The notes below the pieces were generated by a model. It had not been told where the DNA came from, searched no databases, and saw only the letters and a list, made by a program, of their open reading frames with translations. A program made the translations under genes and the position numbers. Below, in pieces: positions 49,201-56,174 of a stretch of DNA of 64,000 bases; the first letter of the stretch is position 1, and the number at the start of each line of letters is the position of its first letter. The stretch is from the NCBI GenBank assembly GCA_037190965.1, contig JBBCKI010000028.1, forward strand, positions 64,001 to 128,000, in the 5' to 3' direction. Source of the stretch: Chthoniobacteraceae bacterium. Its GTDB lineage: Bacteria > Verrucomicrobiota > Verrucomicrobiia > Chthoniobacterales > Chthoniobacteraceae.

Positions 49201-51930
49201 GGGTATGTCGATCCGACCACCGGTCTCTTCGGAGTTGCCGGGGTTGATGGCGGGCTTGGCAGAAACGTGACGGATTCAACGGCTTCGACCACCTGGTGGA
49301 TCGACTTCAGCAACTTCTTCCAGGGAGTCGGCGCACTGGGCGGGGGGAACGTGACGATGGTTGCGGGGAATGACATCGTGAATGTTGACGCGGCGATCCC
49401 GACAAACGCCCGTATGTCCGGTCGCGTCGCCAATGGCAGCGGTGGGTATGATAATATCGCGCCGAATGCCAATAATCTGGTGGAACTTGGGGGTGGCAAT
49501 CTGCAGGTCCGTGCCGGTCATAATATTGACGGCGGCATCTACTATGTAGAGAGGGGCCAGGGCAAACTCTTTGCCGGAGGTTCGATTACCACCAATGCAA
49601 GCCGCTCCCCGTCGATGGGGATTCTCGGGTCGAATTTCTTCCCGGATTCCACCGTCCAGAGTAACACTCCATCGGTTTACGATCCTTTGACATGGATGCC
49701 GACGACCTTGTTCCTTGGGAAGAGTTCCTTTGAGGTCAACGCGCTGGGCTCGGTGTTGATCGGCCCTGCCTCCAACGTCTTCCTCCTGCCGCAAGGGGTT
49801 AACAACAAGTTCTGGTACAAGACCTACTTCAGCACCTATTCATCGGATGCTTCCGTATCGGTGGCTTCCTATGGAAGCAGTGTGACCCATCGCCTGGCGG
49901 TGACGTTGCCAGGCGAAAGCTCCCCGCGCTCGATGCTGGATGCATGGATCATGAATGAGAACCTTTTCGCAGGTTCCTCGCAGCGTGCCTCCTATAACCA
50001 GCCCTGGATTCGACTTGCGGAGGCCGATACGGTCTACTTCCAGACTCTCTTCAAGGTGAACGCGCCAACCCTCGAAAGCACGGCATTCGGCGGTGATGTA
50101 AATATGGTCGGCAACCTGACGCTCTTCCCGTCGCCAAGGGGTTCGCTGGAGATCGCCGCAGCGGGCGCCATCAACGGGTTGAATCCTTCGGGCAAATCCA
50201 TGCTCTCCTCCAAGGCAACTACAGTCTGGACGGGAGCCACGATCAATCTTTCCGATGCTGATCCTTTAATGGTGCCGGGGGTGACTTCGCCGTTGGCATA
50301 CTTCACCTTCTCGGGTCGGACGCTGTTGAGCTCGCGCGATAGTCGCACTAATCCATTCACATCCCTCGATGCGATGTTCGGGGAGACGGGTTCCTACGCA
50401 GACGAAGCGGGCACGCCTGCCTTCCAGAAGATGCGCCATGCCCCCGGCATCCTGCACCTCGCGGATCTCAAGCCGGTGCGGCTCTATGCCGCCGATGGGG
50501 ATATCAGCGGTCTCGGTCTCTTTTCGCCGAAAGAGACGCGGATTCTGGCAGGGCACAACATTGCCGATATCAGCTTCTATATTCAGAATACGAAGGAATC
50601 CGATATCTCGATCGTTGCGGCCGGGCGGGATATCACTGCCTATAACGAAAACAGCTTGATTCGTTCGGTGGCCGATAACTTCCAGCTCGGGAACTATATT
50701 GGCGACTTGGAGCGGACCACCGTATCCGGCGGCAAGACGAAGGTCTTCTCCGGCGACATTCAGATCAGCGGTCCCGGCACTTTGCAAGTCTTGGCAGGGC
50801 GCAACCTTGACCTCGGGACTGGGCCGAACCTTGCGGACGGCACTGGCGTCGGGATTACCAGCATCGGCAACTTCCGGAATCCTTCACTGCCGTTCGGTGG
50901 GGCAGATCTGATACTCGGTGCCGGGGTCGGCTTTGCCAACGGGCTCTCCGGAGGAAAGATGGACTTTGCGGGGTTCATTGATCAGTTCATCCTCTCTCCC
51001 GCCCCGACAAGCCCGGATTACCTGGCGCAGATGGGCTACACCGAGGAAGAGTTCCTTGCCATGTCCAGCCAAGAGCAGGCCGTGCTTGCCTTGGAGGTTT
51101 TCTATCGGGTGCTCCGGGATTCCGGGCGTGCGCTAACAACCGGGCTGGGCATTCCTTACATGAGCGGCGCGGAGGCCATTGCCACGCTCTTCCCGGGTGA
51201 CGAGGGATGGGGCGGCGGCCTGAATACCCGTGCGCGTGATGTTCGCACCAGCACCGGCGGTTCCATAGCGATTCTTGCTCACGACGGCGTCAGCATGGCT
51301 TCCGATATCTTTGGCAACCCGTTGACGCCACCGGGCATCGTGACGGAATACGGCGGCGGGATCTCCATCTTCACCGGTGGCGATGTCAATATCGGTCGCG
51401 CCCGGATCTTCACCCTCCGAGGAGGCGACATCATGATCTGGTCCTCCAATGGCAACATCGCCGCGGGCACCTCGCCCAAGACGGTGGTCACCGCCCCGCC
51501 GACGCGCGTCGTCTTCGATATTAACAGCGCGGATGTGGCGACCGACCTCGGCGGGTTGGCGACAGGAGGCGGGATCGGCGTTCTGGCGGCGGTCACCGGA
51601 GTCGTGGCAGGCGATGTCGATCTGATTGCTCCCAGTGGCTATGTGGACGCCGGTGACGCCGGGATCCGCTCCACCGGGAACCTAAGTATCGCCGCATCGG
51701 CCGTGTTGAATGCCGGAAACATCCAGGCCGGCGGCGGCTCCACCGGGGTTCCTTCCGCACCGACGGCTCCCGCTCCGAATATCTCGGGGATGACAACGGC
51801 TTCCACCGCGACGACCGCCGCAAGCAGTACCGCCCAAACCTATGCCCAGCAAAAGCCTCAGACAACCACCACGGAAGAGGAGGAAGAGGCCTCGCTCTTC
51901 AATGTCGAGGTGATTGGTTATGGAGGATAA
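40204..51930 (+). CDS. Giant filamentous-haemagglutinin-like TpsA exoprotein (3908 aa) with a C-terminal DUF3739-like domain
   Basis: TPS domain IKQTAQQALLNWSSFNIG…PSQILGAIEAPGQVYVLNQNGIIFG; beta-helix-like repeats; C-terminal GGDIMIWSSNGNIAAG, GDVDLIAPSGYVDAGDAGIR, VEVIGYGG. Confidence 0.93.
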   Translation: MVWKSKSALRRKLEPLQPVLSVVICFSLTVTSTPVLLAGDLLRGGAAAGQPGSGSVGGAANAANAAAATRMRANSNDALSRTTQALQSVKAMQAAARAAASGRNNLGADPNHPGLQLPNVPDGLLEGGLVPDSGLSAPGTANPVTSWVNAQTPVQTVSGNKVTVTIKQTAQQALLNWSSFNIGSKTKLKFDQSAGGADQSKWIAFNKIVDPTGVPSQILGAIEAPGQVYVLNQNGIIFGGASQVNTHVLAASSLPINTNLFAQGLLNNPDAQFLFSALAMPGGADGTPAFTPEAAFTESGIPGDVIVQKGAQLTSPLSPDGKGGRVMLVGPNVINEGTISTPSGQTILAAGLQVGVAAHASTDPSLRGLDIWVGAVGEGTGTVTNTGLISSLTGSITMVGRQLNQLGALESSTSVDLNGRIDLLASYGAISNPNYDNSGSLGGGAPIFFNQYTGVVTLGEKSVIQILPSADGATAPGLTLPEASRVNIEGRVVHFEKGSMLYAPSGKVDIRAGVWPFSDVDGDGTILNASGEVDSSFLSYYSGGKQRFLFSEGQIYVEPSALISVAGTTDVFVPLAQNILTVELRGSELADSPLQRMGSLAAILLTLDLRKTGDYNGRYWMGTPLGDATGFAALVERTAQQMSAAGGSLSMQAGESIVVRDGAKLDVSGGYYRNEGGLIKTTRLVQGSNIVDIASADPGQIYDGIYNPGFVVSSAKWGVTKQYASPLANQGHYEAEHLSGASGGTLKLVAPGMAIEGELLGTTLQGERERSVTQTLGSLSIAFRAEKIFSAALGEISFLPFSPTPPTVTFLSASNLAPADDFSLVDDEAAPLRGDLRANVVLSTDLLSRGGFGNLAVENVDGDIIVPVGSILQTAARGSISLSGANIHVAGSLIAPGGALSFTTYNISPTAALDFGLLNPSGALYPDTNPDRGLFTLAKGAKLSTAGLVVDERTEKGMQQLLAIQGGSIAVNSYHATLDAGSLVDVSGGARVSTRGAVSYGAAGSIALLAGRDSVLPAAFGSSSFRLAGGSLLLDATLLGYSGAKGGSLALQSSLIEIGSAPTIDGALLLKADFFRQGGFTSYALTGIGAPSSETAAAGEPDPYLPGIYIAPGTHLNPVAVGLMAFPQLGAGQKLDLVRMLLPEGQRQATSISFVATGFDNSFTTDLLEIRGDIVMGEDSSLRLDAGASASFNGQTVTLLGDVSAPGGKITVAGASSFPLASALASSATYARSTVFIGSNASLYAGGATVLTPDAYGRRTGIVYSGGSISVSGNIVAAEGAVLDVSGVSGSLDVPLWMLGQSAEYPATSGINAPLSRLATQRTRIDSNGGYIDLSGSQMLFSDATLLGNSGGKSAAGGALSIFSGRFYPSTSARTSADINLVVTQSGSVIPGSNTQLGVGMAVLNDASVPYGGMGYFAADRFLEGGFDSLDLGAKFLESASPIPYGGNVRFEGPVSIAARGLLRVAGGGVVEATDSVQLVAPYLAIGQAFRQPQNPGDTVLPFQQTLSTTPEYYLAPTHGTGTLSLIGRSIDVGTVSLQKIGAANLIAQSDIRGNGTLNIAGDLTMQAGQIYPSSLATFDIFAYDHAGTAGSVTILAGKATTPPLSAGGKLGIYASNIVQGGVLRAPIGSIVLGWDGSDLDPSDAALTSPTNLVVGGLLSAPVTQSVTLAEGSVTSVSGLLPSGEGMIIPFGLSPDGSSWIAPDGTNVTLSGLPQKEVKIAGANVVTEAGSVIDLRGGGDLAAYRWVSGVGGSIDLLSSPSGDWSASSSYKAGDLVYYKGQTWSARASSTGVTPNVSLYWSRVAESYAILPGLNSELAPYASFNTGVNAGLLKGNPGYVSNLAWGSSIYLNRSSGLAAGSYTLLPKQYAMLPGAYLVTAVSSGITTDYTMPEGANVVSGYLFNQFNKPSESGLFSRFEVASREVIARRAAYAVYSANGFIPAAAEENGLDNVQRLPIDAGHLVFQGINSLELQNSILTDTPTGGRGALADLSSSSAIWITDGSSAPSGVVLDSALLSSWGIESLLIGGVRNIRGTDVTVDVRTSSLTLDNAASPLRGSDVILVSRDQLTMTEGSSLVATGNSILTDRLHIAGDGTLLRVSAGPNAGILRTDLTGSTTPLLTIGAGASLAGASVNLDSSYGTMLDSSVTLNASSLTLGSGQISVVFDSYEDSLAGSVVPSHLVLSGDLLDNVQTVGALKIKSYSSVDFYGSGTFGNAALDLEFISSGIRGFGQGTDNVIVQSRQTTFSNDSKIVAPATPGIASGGFTWLAETIRLGSNTFQIAGYENLTLTASKALIGQGSGGFVALGDLTINTPLITGANGSVQAITATGALNLESTGGESKVEPGLGATLSLTGASINANTNVVLPSGMLHLRATSGDLTVGGNLSAQGTQKVFFDFTRYTNAGQITLQADAGDVHTLAGSTINVAAAANGGDAGTLKVLTPEGHFVVDGTLLAQAGKDGTAGRFILDTESLPSYDTLNSILESGDFLASRKIRVRTGDVLIDGVTRSHEFLLAADSGSITVTGEIDASGKTGGDITLAAHKNLVLGSGAFLNAHAEKFSASGAGGSITLEAGTTYNGVADGSAILDISNTGTVIDLGVDESIAGSYTTPGSSAFNGRFEGILHLRAPRTAGNNDLRISAIGATINGASGILAEGFEVYNLTSTGGVITGWRSSFTALPSASTVQKAVYDSANSFLGTSNYNTMMSRLLGSDSQGLSDRLVLAPGVEIINLTGDLTLGSSSSTSTALGSASQTSADWNLADFRFGPKQAAGVLTLRAAGNLNFYNALSDGFAGTLPTGTVAGQSLWLSPLKTAVGTLPLPLQSWSYRLAAGSDLASADFNQVKPLEEMAEGKGSVIVGKYYAASLVSGSAATTGTAITNRYQVIRTGAGSIDIAAARDVQLRNQFATIYTAGVALPTPTSIFSMDDFVIPSVSQTSAQHPDQGSYLGAAQQIFRPQWSLAGGDVNIRAQHNVGRYTLYNGVEIVDSSRQIPTNWLYRRGYVDPTTGLFGVAGVDGGLGRNVTDSTASTTWWIDFSNFFQGVGALGGGNVTMVAGNDIVNVDAAIPTNARMSGRVANGSGGYDNIAPNANNLVELGGGNLQVRAGHNIDGGIYYVERGQGKLFAGGSITTNASRSPSMGILGSNFFPDSTVQSNTPSVYDPLTWMPTTLFLGKSSFEVNALGSVLIGPASNVFLLPQGVNNKFWYKTYFSTYSSDASVSVASYGSSVTHRLAVTLPGESSPRSMLDAWIMNENLFAGSSQRASYNQPWIRLAEADTVYFQTLFKVNAPTLESTAFGGDVNMVGNLTLFPSPRGSLEIAAAGAINGLNPSGKSMLSSKATTVWTGATINLSDADPLMVPGVTSPLAYFTFSGRTLLSSRDSRTNPFTSLDAMFGETGSYADEAGTPAFQKMRHAPGILHLADLKPVRLYAADGDISGLGLFSPKETRILAGHNIADISFYIQNTKESDISIVAAGRDITAYNENSLIRSVADNFQLGNYIGDLERTTVSGGKTKVFSGDIQISGPGTLQVLAGRNLDLGTGPNLADGTGVGITSIGNFRNPSLPFGGADLILGAGVGFANGLSGGKMDFAGFIDQFILSPAPTSPDYLAQMGYTEEEFLAMSSQEQAVLALEVFYRVLRDSGRALTTGLGIPYMSGAEAIATLFPGDEGWGGGLNTRARDVRTSTGGSIAILAHDGVSMASDIFGNPLTPPGIVTEYGGGISIFTGGDVNIGRARIFTLRGGDIMIWSSNGNIAAGTSPKTVVTAPPTRVVFDINSADVATDLGGLATGGGIGVLAAVTGVVAGDVDLIAPSGYVDAGDAGIRSTGNLSIAASAVLNAGNIQAGGGSTGVPSAPTAPAPNISGMTTASTATTAASSTAQTYAQQKPQTTTTEEEEEASLFNVEVIGYGG

Positions 51931-52002
51931 AGAGGCTTGAAATTATCTTAAACAACGCGGCGAAGGTTGCATTGAGAGGCCAGTCCAATTAATGATTGCG
52001 CG

Positions 52003-53289
52003 ATGAACGATCAAAGCGCCGTTGCGCCTTCATGGTTTGAACAGGCTCGGTATGGGCTTTTTATCCACTTCGGGCTGTATAGTCTTCTGGAACGCGGGGA
52101 ATGGGTGATGAACCGGGAAGGAATTCCTCCTGCGGAATATCGCAAGCTGGCCGACCGGTTTCGCCCCGATCGTTTTGACGCGGAAGCCATCGTCGATCTC
52201 GCCGTAGCGGCGGGGATGCGGTATATCGTGTTCACGACGATGCATCATGAAGGGTTTCGTCTTTATGACACCGGCCTTTCGGATTTCTCCTCGGCTCGCA
52301 CGGAGGCGAAGCGGGACTTCATTGCGGAAGTGGTGGCGGCGGCGCGGAGCCGGAATCTGAAGATCGGTTTGTATCACAGCCTGAACAACTGGTTCGACCA
52401 GCCCGACAGCGTGGCCGCGCTTGAAGATCCCCAGGCAAAAGAACGGTTTATCGAGGCAACATTCCAGCGGATCAGGGAACTGGTCACGCTCTTTCAGCCA
52501 ATTGATATTCTTTGGTACGACGGCTGGTGGCCTTTTGATGCCAAGGGGTGGGAGGCGGAGCGGATGAATCGCATGGTACGCGAGATTCAGCCTCACATTC
52601 TCTTTAACGGACGCAATGGGCTGCCCGGAGATTTTGCGACGCCGGAGCAGCATCTCGCCGCCCCCAGTCCGTGGCGCCCGTGGGAGGCATGCGTAACCCT
52701 TAATGATAGCTGGGGATACCATGCCGGAGATCATCACTGGAAGAGCCCGCTCGAAGTGATCAAAATGCTGGCCAGAGTGGCGCAAGGTCGGGGGAATCTC
52801 CTCCTTAACCTTGGGCTCCCCGGAGATGGAAGCATCCCGGAGGAGGGGGATCGCATCCTTCGCGAGGTGGGCGAATGGATCAAGGTCAACCGAGAAGCGA
52901 TTTTCGACACGGAACTCTGGACCGTCGATCCTTACCATCGTGGCGATCACCGGGGGGACTGGGTTCATCACGGTCCCATCACTACGAAAGGCAACGATCT
53001 TTACCTTATCGCGACAGCTCCTCCCGTCGAAGAGTTGGTGATCTCGGGGTTGGAGGCGGAGGTGCTCGAAGTGCGGCAGCTTGGTGGCGAGACGCTTTCA
53101 TTCCGGCAAGGCGACGGACGCTTGCGGGTGACGCTGGACGGAGGATCCCGGCAAACCGCGAAATCATCGATTCCCGTCTACCGGATTCGTTGCGATCGCC
53201 CGCCGTCGATTTACAAAACCGGCGGGATGCGGATTCCGGCGTGCGAGCATCCGAGATACGATCCCGTCTGCTCCGACATTTCCTGGTAA
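52003..53289 (+). CDS. Alpha-L-fucosidase (GH29)
   Basis: WFEQARYGLFIHFGLYS, AGMRYIVFTTMHHEGF, LWYDG nucleophile, PEQ, WEACVT, GNLLLN; no signal peptide. Confidence 0.93.
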   Translation: MNDQSAVAPSWFEQARYGLFIHFGLYSLLERGEWVMNREGIPPAEYRKLADRFRPDRFDAEAIVDLAVAAGMRYIVFTTMHHEGFRLYDTGLSDFSSARTEAKRDFIAEVVAAARSRNLKIGLYHSLNNWFDQPDSVAALEDPQAKERFIEATFQRIRELVTLFQPIDILWYDGWWPFDAKGWEAERMNRMVREIQPHILFNGRNGLPGDFATPEQHLAAPSPWRPWEACVTLNDSWGYHAGDHHWKSPLEVIKMLARVAQGRGNLLLNLGLPGDGSIPEEGDRILREVGEWIKVNREAIFDTELWTVDPYHRGDHRGDWVHHGPITTKGNDLYLIATAPPVEELVISGLEAEVLEVRQLGGETLSFRQGDGRLRVTLDGGSRQTAKSSIPVYRIRCDRPPSIYKTGGMRIPACEHPRYDPVCSDISW

Positions 53290-53297
53290 TTTCCCTC

Positions 53298-53321
53298 GGG
53301 CGGCAGTCATAACTGCCGCCC
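53298..53321. terminator. Hairpin after the fucosidase gene
   Basis: GGGCGGCAGT-CATA-ACTGCCGCCC perfect 10-bp stem, weak U-tract. Confidence 0.55.
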
Positions 53322-53365
53322 ATTCAGGAGTGGATTTGCACGTCCGGAGGGATGCGGGAAAGCAA

Positions 53366-53528
53366 GCAAGGTAGTCCGCTCTCGCCGAGAGCGCGGGATG
53401 GGTTTTCGAGTCGCGTTCGATATCCATCCCCGCAGGACGGGCTCCGGGTGATTGGGATGCGCGCTGATAAAGCTACGGAGCCGATGCGCGCGCTTGACGG
53501 CGCGAGCGTGCTACCGGTGCTGCCGCAC
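53366..53528. repeat. REP-doublet (REPIN-like) element, copy 1
   Basis: GTAG-initiated palindromes at 53371-53397 and, inverted, at 53487-53514; homologous to the reverse complement of 62503-62672. Confidence 0.75.
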
Positions 53529-53599
53529 CATTCTCGCTATTGTTGACGCCCTTGGATTCCACTGATAAGAGCGAGAAGCCAAGTTATCGAAAGTAAGCC

Positions 53600-54001
53600 T
53601 CAAGACGATAGGCGGACATAGAGAATGCCGCCTTGAATTTCCACCGGAAACTTCTCCAGGTTTTCGTTTTCAGGGGATGTCACTTCAACGGGAAACTTCT
53701 TCAAGCGAACATCGGGATCGACGAGGTGCACACCGGTCTTCAGGTCGAATTCCCAACCATGCCACGGACAGCGAAGAATACAGCCTTCGCGGCCATAGGA
53801 GTATTCATAGACCGGGGATGGAAGCGTCGTTCCGCTGATCTTGCCAACGCAGACAGGCGCGCCTGCATGAGGGCAGATATTGCGGTAAGCATGGTATTCT
53901 CCGCCGACGTTAAAAACGCCGATCTCGGTGCGTCCGATGAGAATGAGCTTGCGCTTGCCGGGTTCCAGTTCGGAGATGGGGCAGACAGGATGGAGAGGCA
54001 T
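53600..54001 (-). CDS. Rieske (2Fe-2S) ferredoxin
   Basis: NICPHAGAPV and LRCPWHGWEFDLKTG. Confidence 0.95.
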   Translation of the reverse strand: MPLHPVCPISELEPGKRKLILIGRTEIGVFNVGGEYHAYRNICPHAGAPVCVGKISGTTLPSPVYEYSYGREGCILRCPWHGWEFDLKTGVHLVDPDVRLKKFPVEVTSPENENLEKFPVEIQGGILYVRLSS

Positions 54002-54031
54002 GGGAAGTTGTCGTTTGAATAGAAACCGGAA

Positions 54032-55138
54032 TCAGGCGGTGACAGCCGGAGTTTTGAGGCCGTAGAGTTCGGAGGCATTGCGCCATAAAATGCGCTCCTT
54101 CCATTCGCGATTGAGCGGGGGAAGCGCCATCCTGGGATTATCGAAATCCCAATGAGGATAGTCGCTGGAGAAGAGGATCATGTGCGGAGCGCCGATCATT
54201 TCGAAGATTTGCAGAATATGCTGGGGATCCTCGGGTTCTTCAATCGGCTGGGTGGTAACGTAGAGGTGTTGTCGGATGTAGTGGCTGGGCAGCTCGGTCA
54301 GCCAGGGCGTTTGGGATCGCAGCGCCTTGTAGTTTTTGTCCATGCGCCACATGAGGTGCGGAAGCCACGCGATCCCCCCTTCGATGGCGATGAATTTCAG
54401 GGTGGGGAATTTGACGAAAACGCCCTCGCAGACTAGCGAATTCACATTCGCCATATAGTTGATGGGCAGAATGTTATGCCACTCCATGTAACGGGTCGGA
54501 CGCCCTGCGGGGGTTACATTGGGCGCGATGCCCGCACCCTCGCTTCCGGGATGAATCGCGACGGGCAGGCCCGCCTCGGCAGCGGCCTCGTAAATGGGAT
54601 GAAAAAAGCGTTGGCCGAAAAGGCGGTTGGTGCCACTGGCCATCAGCACCTGGGAAATTTGGGGACGGCCCGCCCATTTCCGGATCTCCCGGGCGGCATA
54701 GATGGGATCGGAGTGATTGATGATGATCGAGCCTCGAAATCGAGGGGAAAAGGAGAGCCACTTGGCAGCCATCCACTCATTGATGGCTGAGGATAGGGCG
54801 TTGCCATAGTCGGGATCATGATGCAACGAAAGGGTAAGCATTCCCGAACCGGTGAGCAGCGCGTAATCGATACCATAGCGATCGAGGTGATCCTTGATCA
54901 TATAGGCCGGGCTTGAGCCCGGGCCGCAATCTTCATCGACCGGCTTGGCGTCCTGGCGATGCACGCCGACCGGCGAAAGATAGCCTGCTCCCGGAATGGC
55001 TAAGCCGTGCCGACGGACCACTTCGGCCCAGTATTTGGGCAGGTAGGGAAGGAGCTCTTTGGGGTCGGCGAGGCCATTGTGCACGTCGGAGTCGATGAGG
55101 GAGAGGGGGGGATCATCGGAAGCAGTGGGTGATGCCAT
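54032..55138 (-). CDS. Amidohydrolase_2-fold protein, candidate dinuclear oxygenase subunit
   Basis: IDSDVH, PVAIHPG, EGVFVKFPTLKFIAIEGG, TQPIEEP, FSSDYPHWD, ILWRNASELY. Confidence 0.9.
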   Translation of the reverse strand: MASPTASDDPPLSLIDSDVHNGLADPKELLPYLPKYWAEVVRRHGLAIPGAGYLSPVGVHRQDAKPVDEDCGPGSSPAYMIKDHLDRYGIDYALLTGSGMLTLSLHHDPDYGNALSSAINEWMAAKWLSFSPRFRGSIIINHSDPIYAAREIRKWAGRPQISQVLMASGTNRLFGQRFFHPIYEAAAEAGLPVAIHPGSEGAGIAPNVTPAGRPTRYMEWHNILPINYMANVNSLVCEGVFVKFPTLKFIAIEGGIAWLPHLMWRMDKNYKALRSQTPWLTELPSHYIRQHLYVTTQPIEEPEDPQHILQIFEMIGAPHMILFSSDYPHWDFDNPRMALPPLNREWKERILWRNASELYGLKTPAVTA

Positions 55139-55232
55139 AGTGGGCTAATATTGAAGCAAAGCGGATCGCTTGTCATCAGCCTGAGATGATAACGATTGCC
55201 AAATATTGATATCGTTGCTCCAATAGCCGGAA

Positions 55233-56174
55233 ATGGGGCGCAGCATTTTTCAGATCGACCGGCTCGGCACGCCATTGGATCGGGTGATGGACCGGGTGAT
55301 CTTCATTCCCAAGGGCCGCCGCCTGATGGTGCATAACGTCCAGCAGAAGATTGTGATCCTGCTCGAAGGAGCGGTGAAAGCGCTGGTGAACGATCGCCTG
55401 GTGGGAGAAATGCAAGCCGGTGACGCTTTGGTGATCCCCGGCTCGTGCAGGCAGGCTTATGTTCCAGTGGACCGACGGCGGGAGATGCGGATGCATGCCA
55501 TGATCGTGGTTTTCAGCCCCAGCCTGTTTGCTTGCGAAGAGAGTCTCCTGCGGGCGGTTCCTGTCGTCGGGACGGACGCGGAAGAAACTTCTGAAAATTT
55601 CGTACGGCGGCACTTTGGCAGCGTGCAGTTGCGGCGGGGGATTCTTACCCCGGCTGCGATGGAGTGGGTGGAAGGGTTGCGCCGTGAAGCCGGGGAAAAG
55701 GGGACGGGATATCGGCTGCGGGCCGCGGCCTATACCCTGCTGTTGTTGACGGAAATCGCGCGCAGGGAGGCATCACCGGTTGCAGCGCCTATGGAAAGCA
55801 TGAGCCGGCAGGCATGGATGATCGAGCAAACCAAGAATTTCCTGCTCGAGCATCATGCCGAGGAGTTGACGCTGGACCAGGTAGCCTGGCACATGCGGCT
55901 GAGCGGCGAGCATCTTGCGCGCACTTTTCGGAAAGAAACGGGGCAGACGATTTTTGGCTATGTGCAGCATTTGCGGCTGGAGCGGGCCAAGACGCAACTG
56001 GCCAGCTCGCAGCTGACCGTTAACGAGATCGCGCGGCAGGCGGGTTTCGGGACGGCCGCGCAATTATGCCGTACGTTCAAGCGAGCGACCGGGGAGACGC
56101 CGCTGGCCTATCGGCTGCGGATGGCCCGCCTCGCCGATTTCTCTCCGAGCCTGACGGAGGAGATTATCATTTGA
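55233..56174 (+). CDS. AraC/XylS family transcriptional regulator
   Basis: N-terminal cupin; LTLDQVAWHMRLSGEHLARTFRKETG, EIARQAGF..QLCRTFKRATGETPLAYR. Confidence 0.95.
   Translation: MGRSIFQIDRLGTPLDRVMDRVIFIPKGRRLMVHNVQQKIVILLEGAVKALVNDRLVGEMQAGDALVIPGSCRQAYVPVDRRREMRMHAMIVVFSPSLFACEESLLRAVPVVGTDAEETSENFVRRHFGSVQLRRGILTPAAMEWVEGLRREAGEKGTGYRLRAAAYTLLLLTEIARREASPVAAPMESMSRQAWMIEQTKNFLLEHHAEELTLDQVAWHMRLSGEHLARTFRKETGQTIFGYVQHLRLERAKTQLASSQLTVNEIARQAGFGTAAQLCRTFKRATGETPLAYRLRMARLADFSPSLTEEIII

Noticed and set aside
40204..51930. CdiA contact-dependent toxin
   Set aside because: No VENN-type pre-toxin motif or toxin-like C-terminus is recognisable, and no small immunity gene follows; the next gene is a fucosidase
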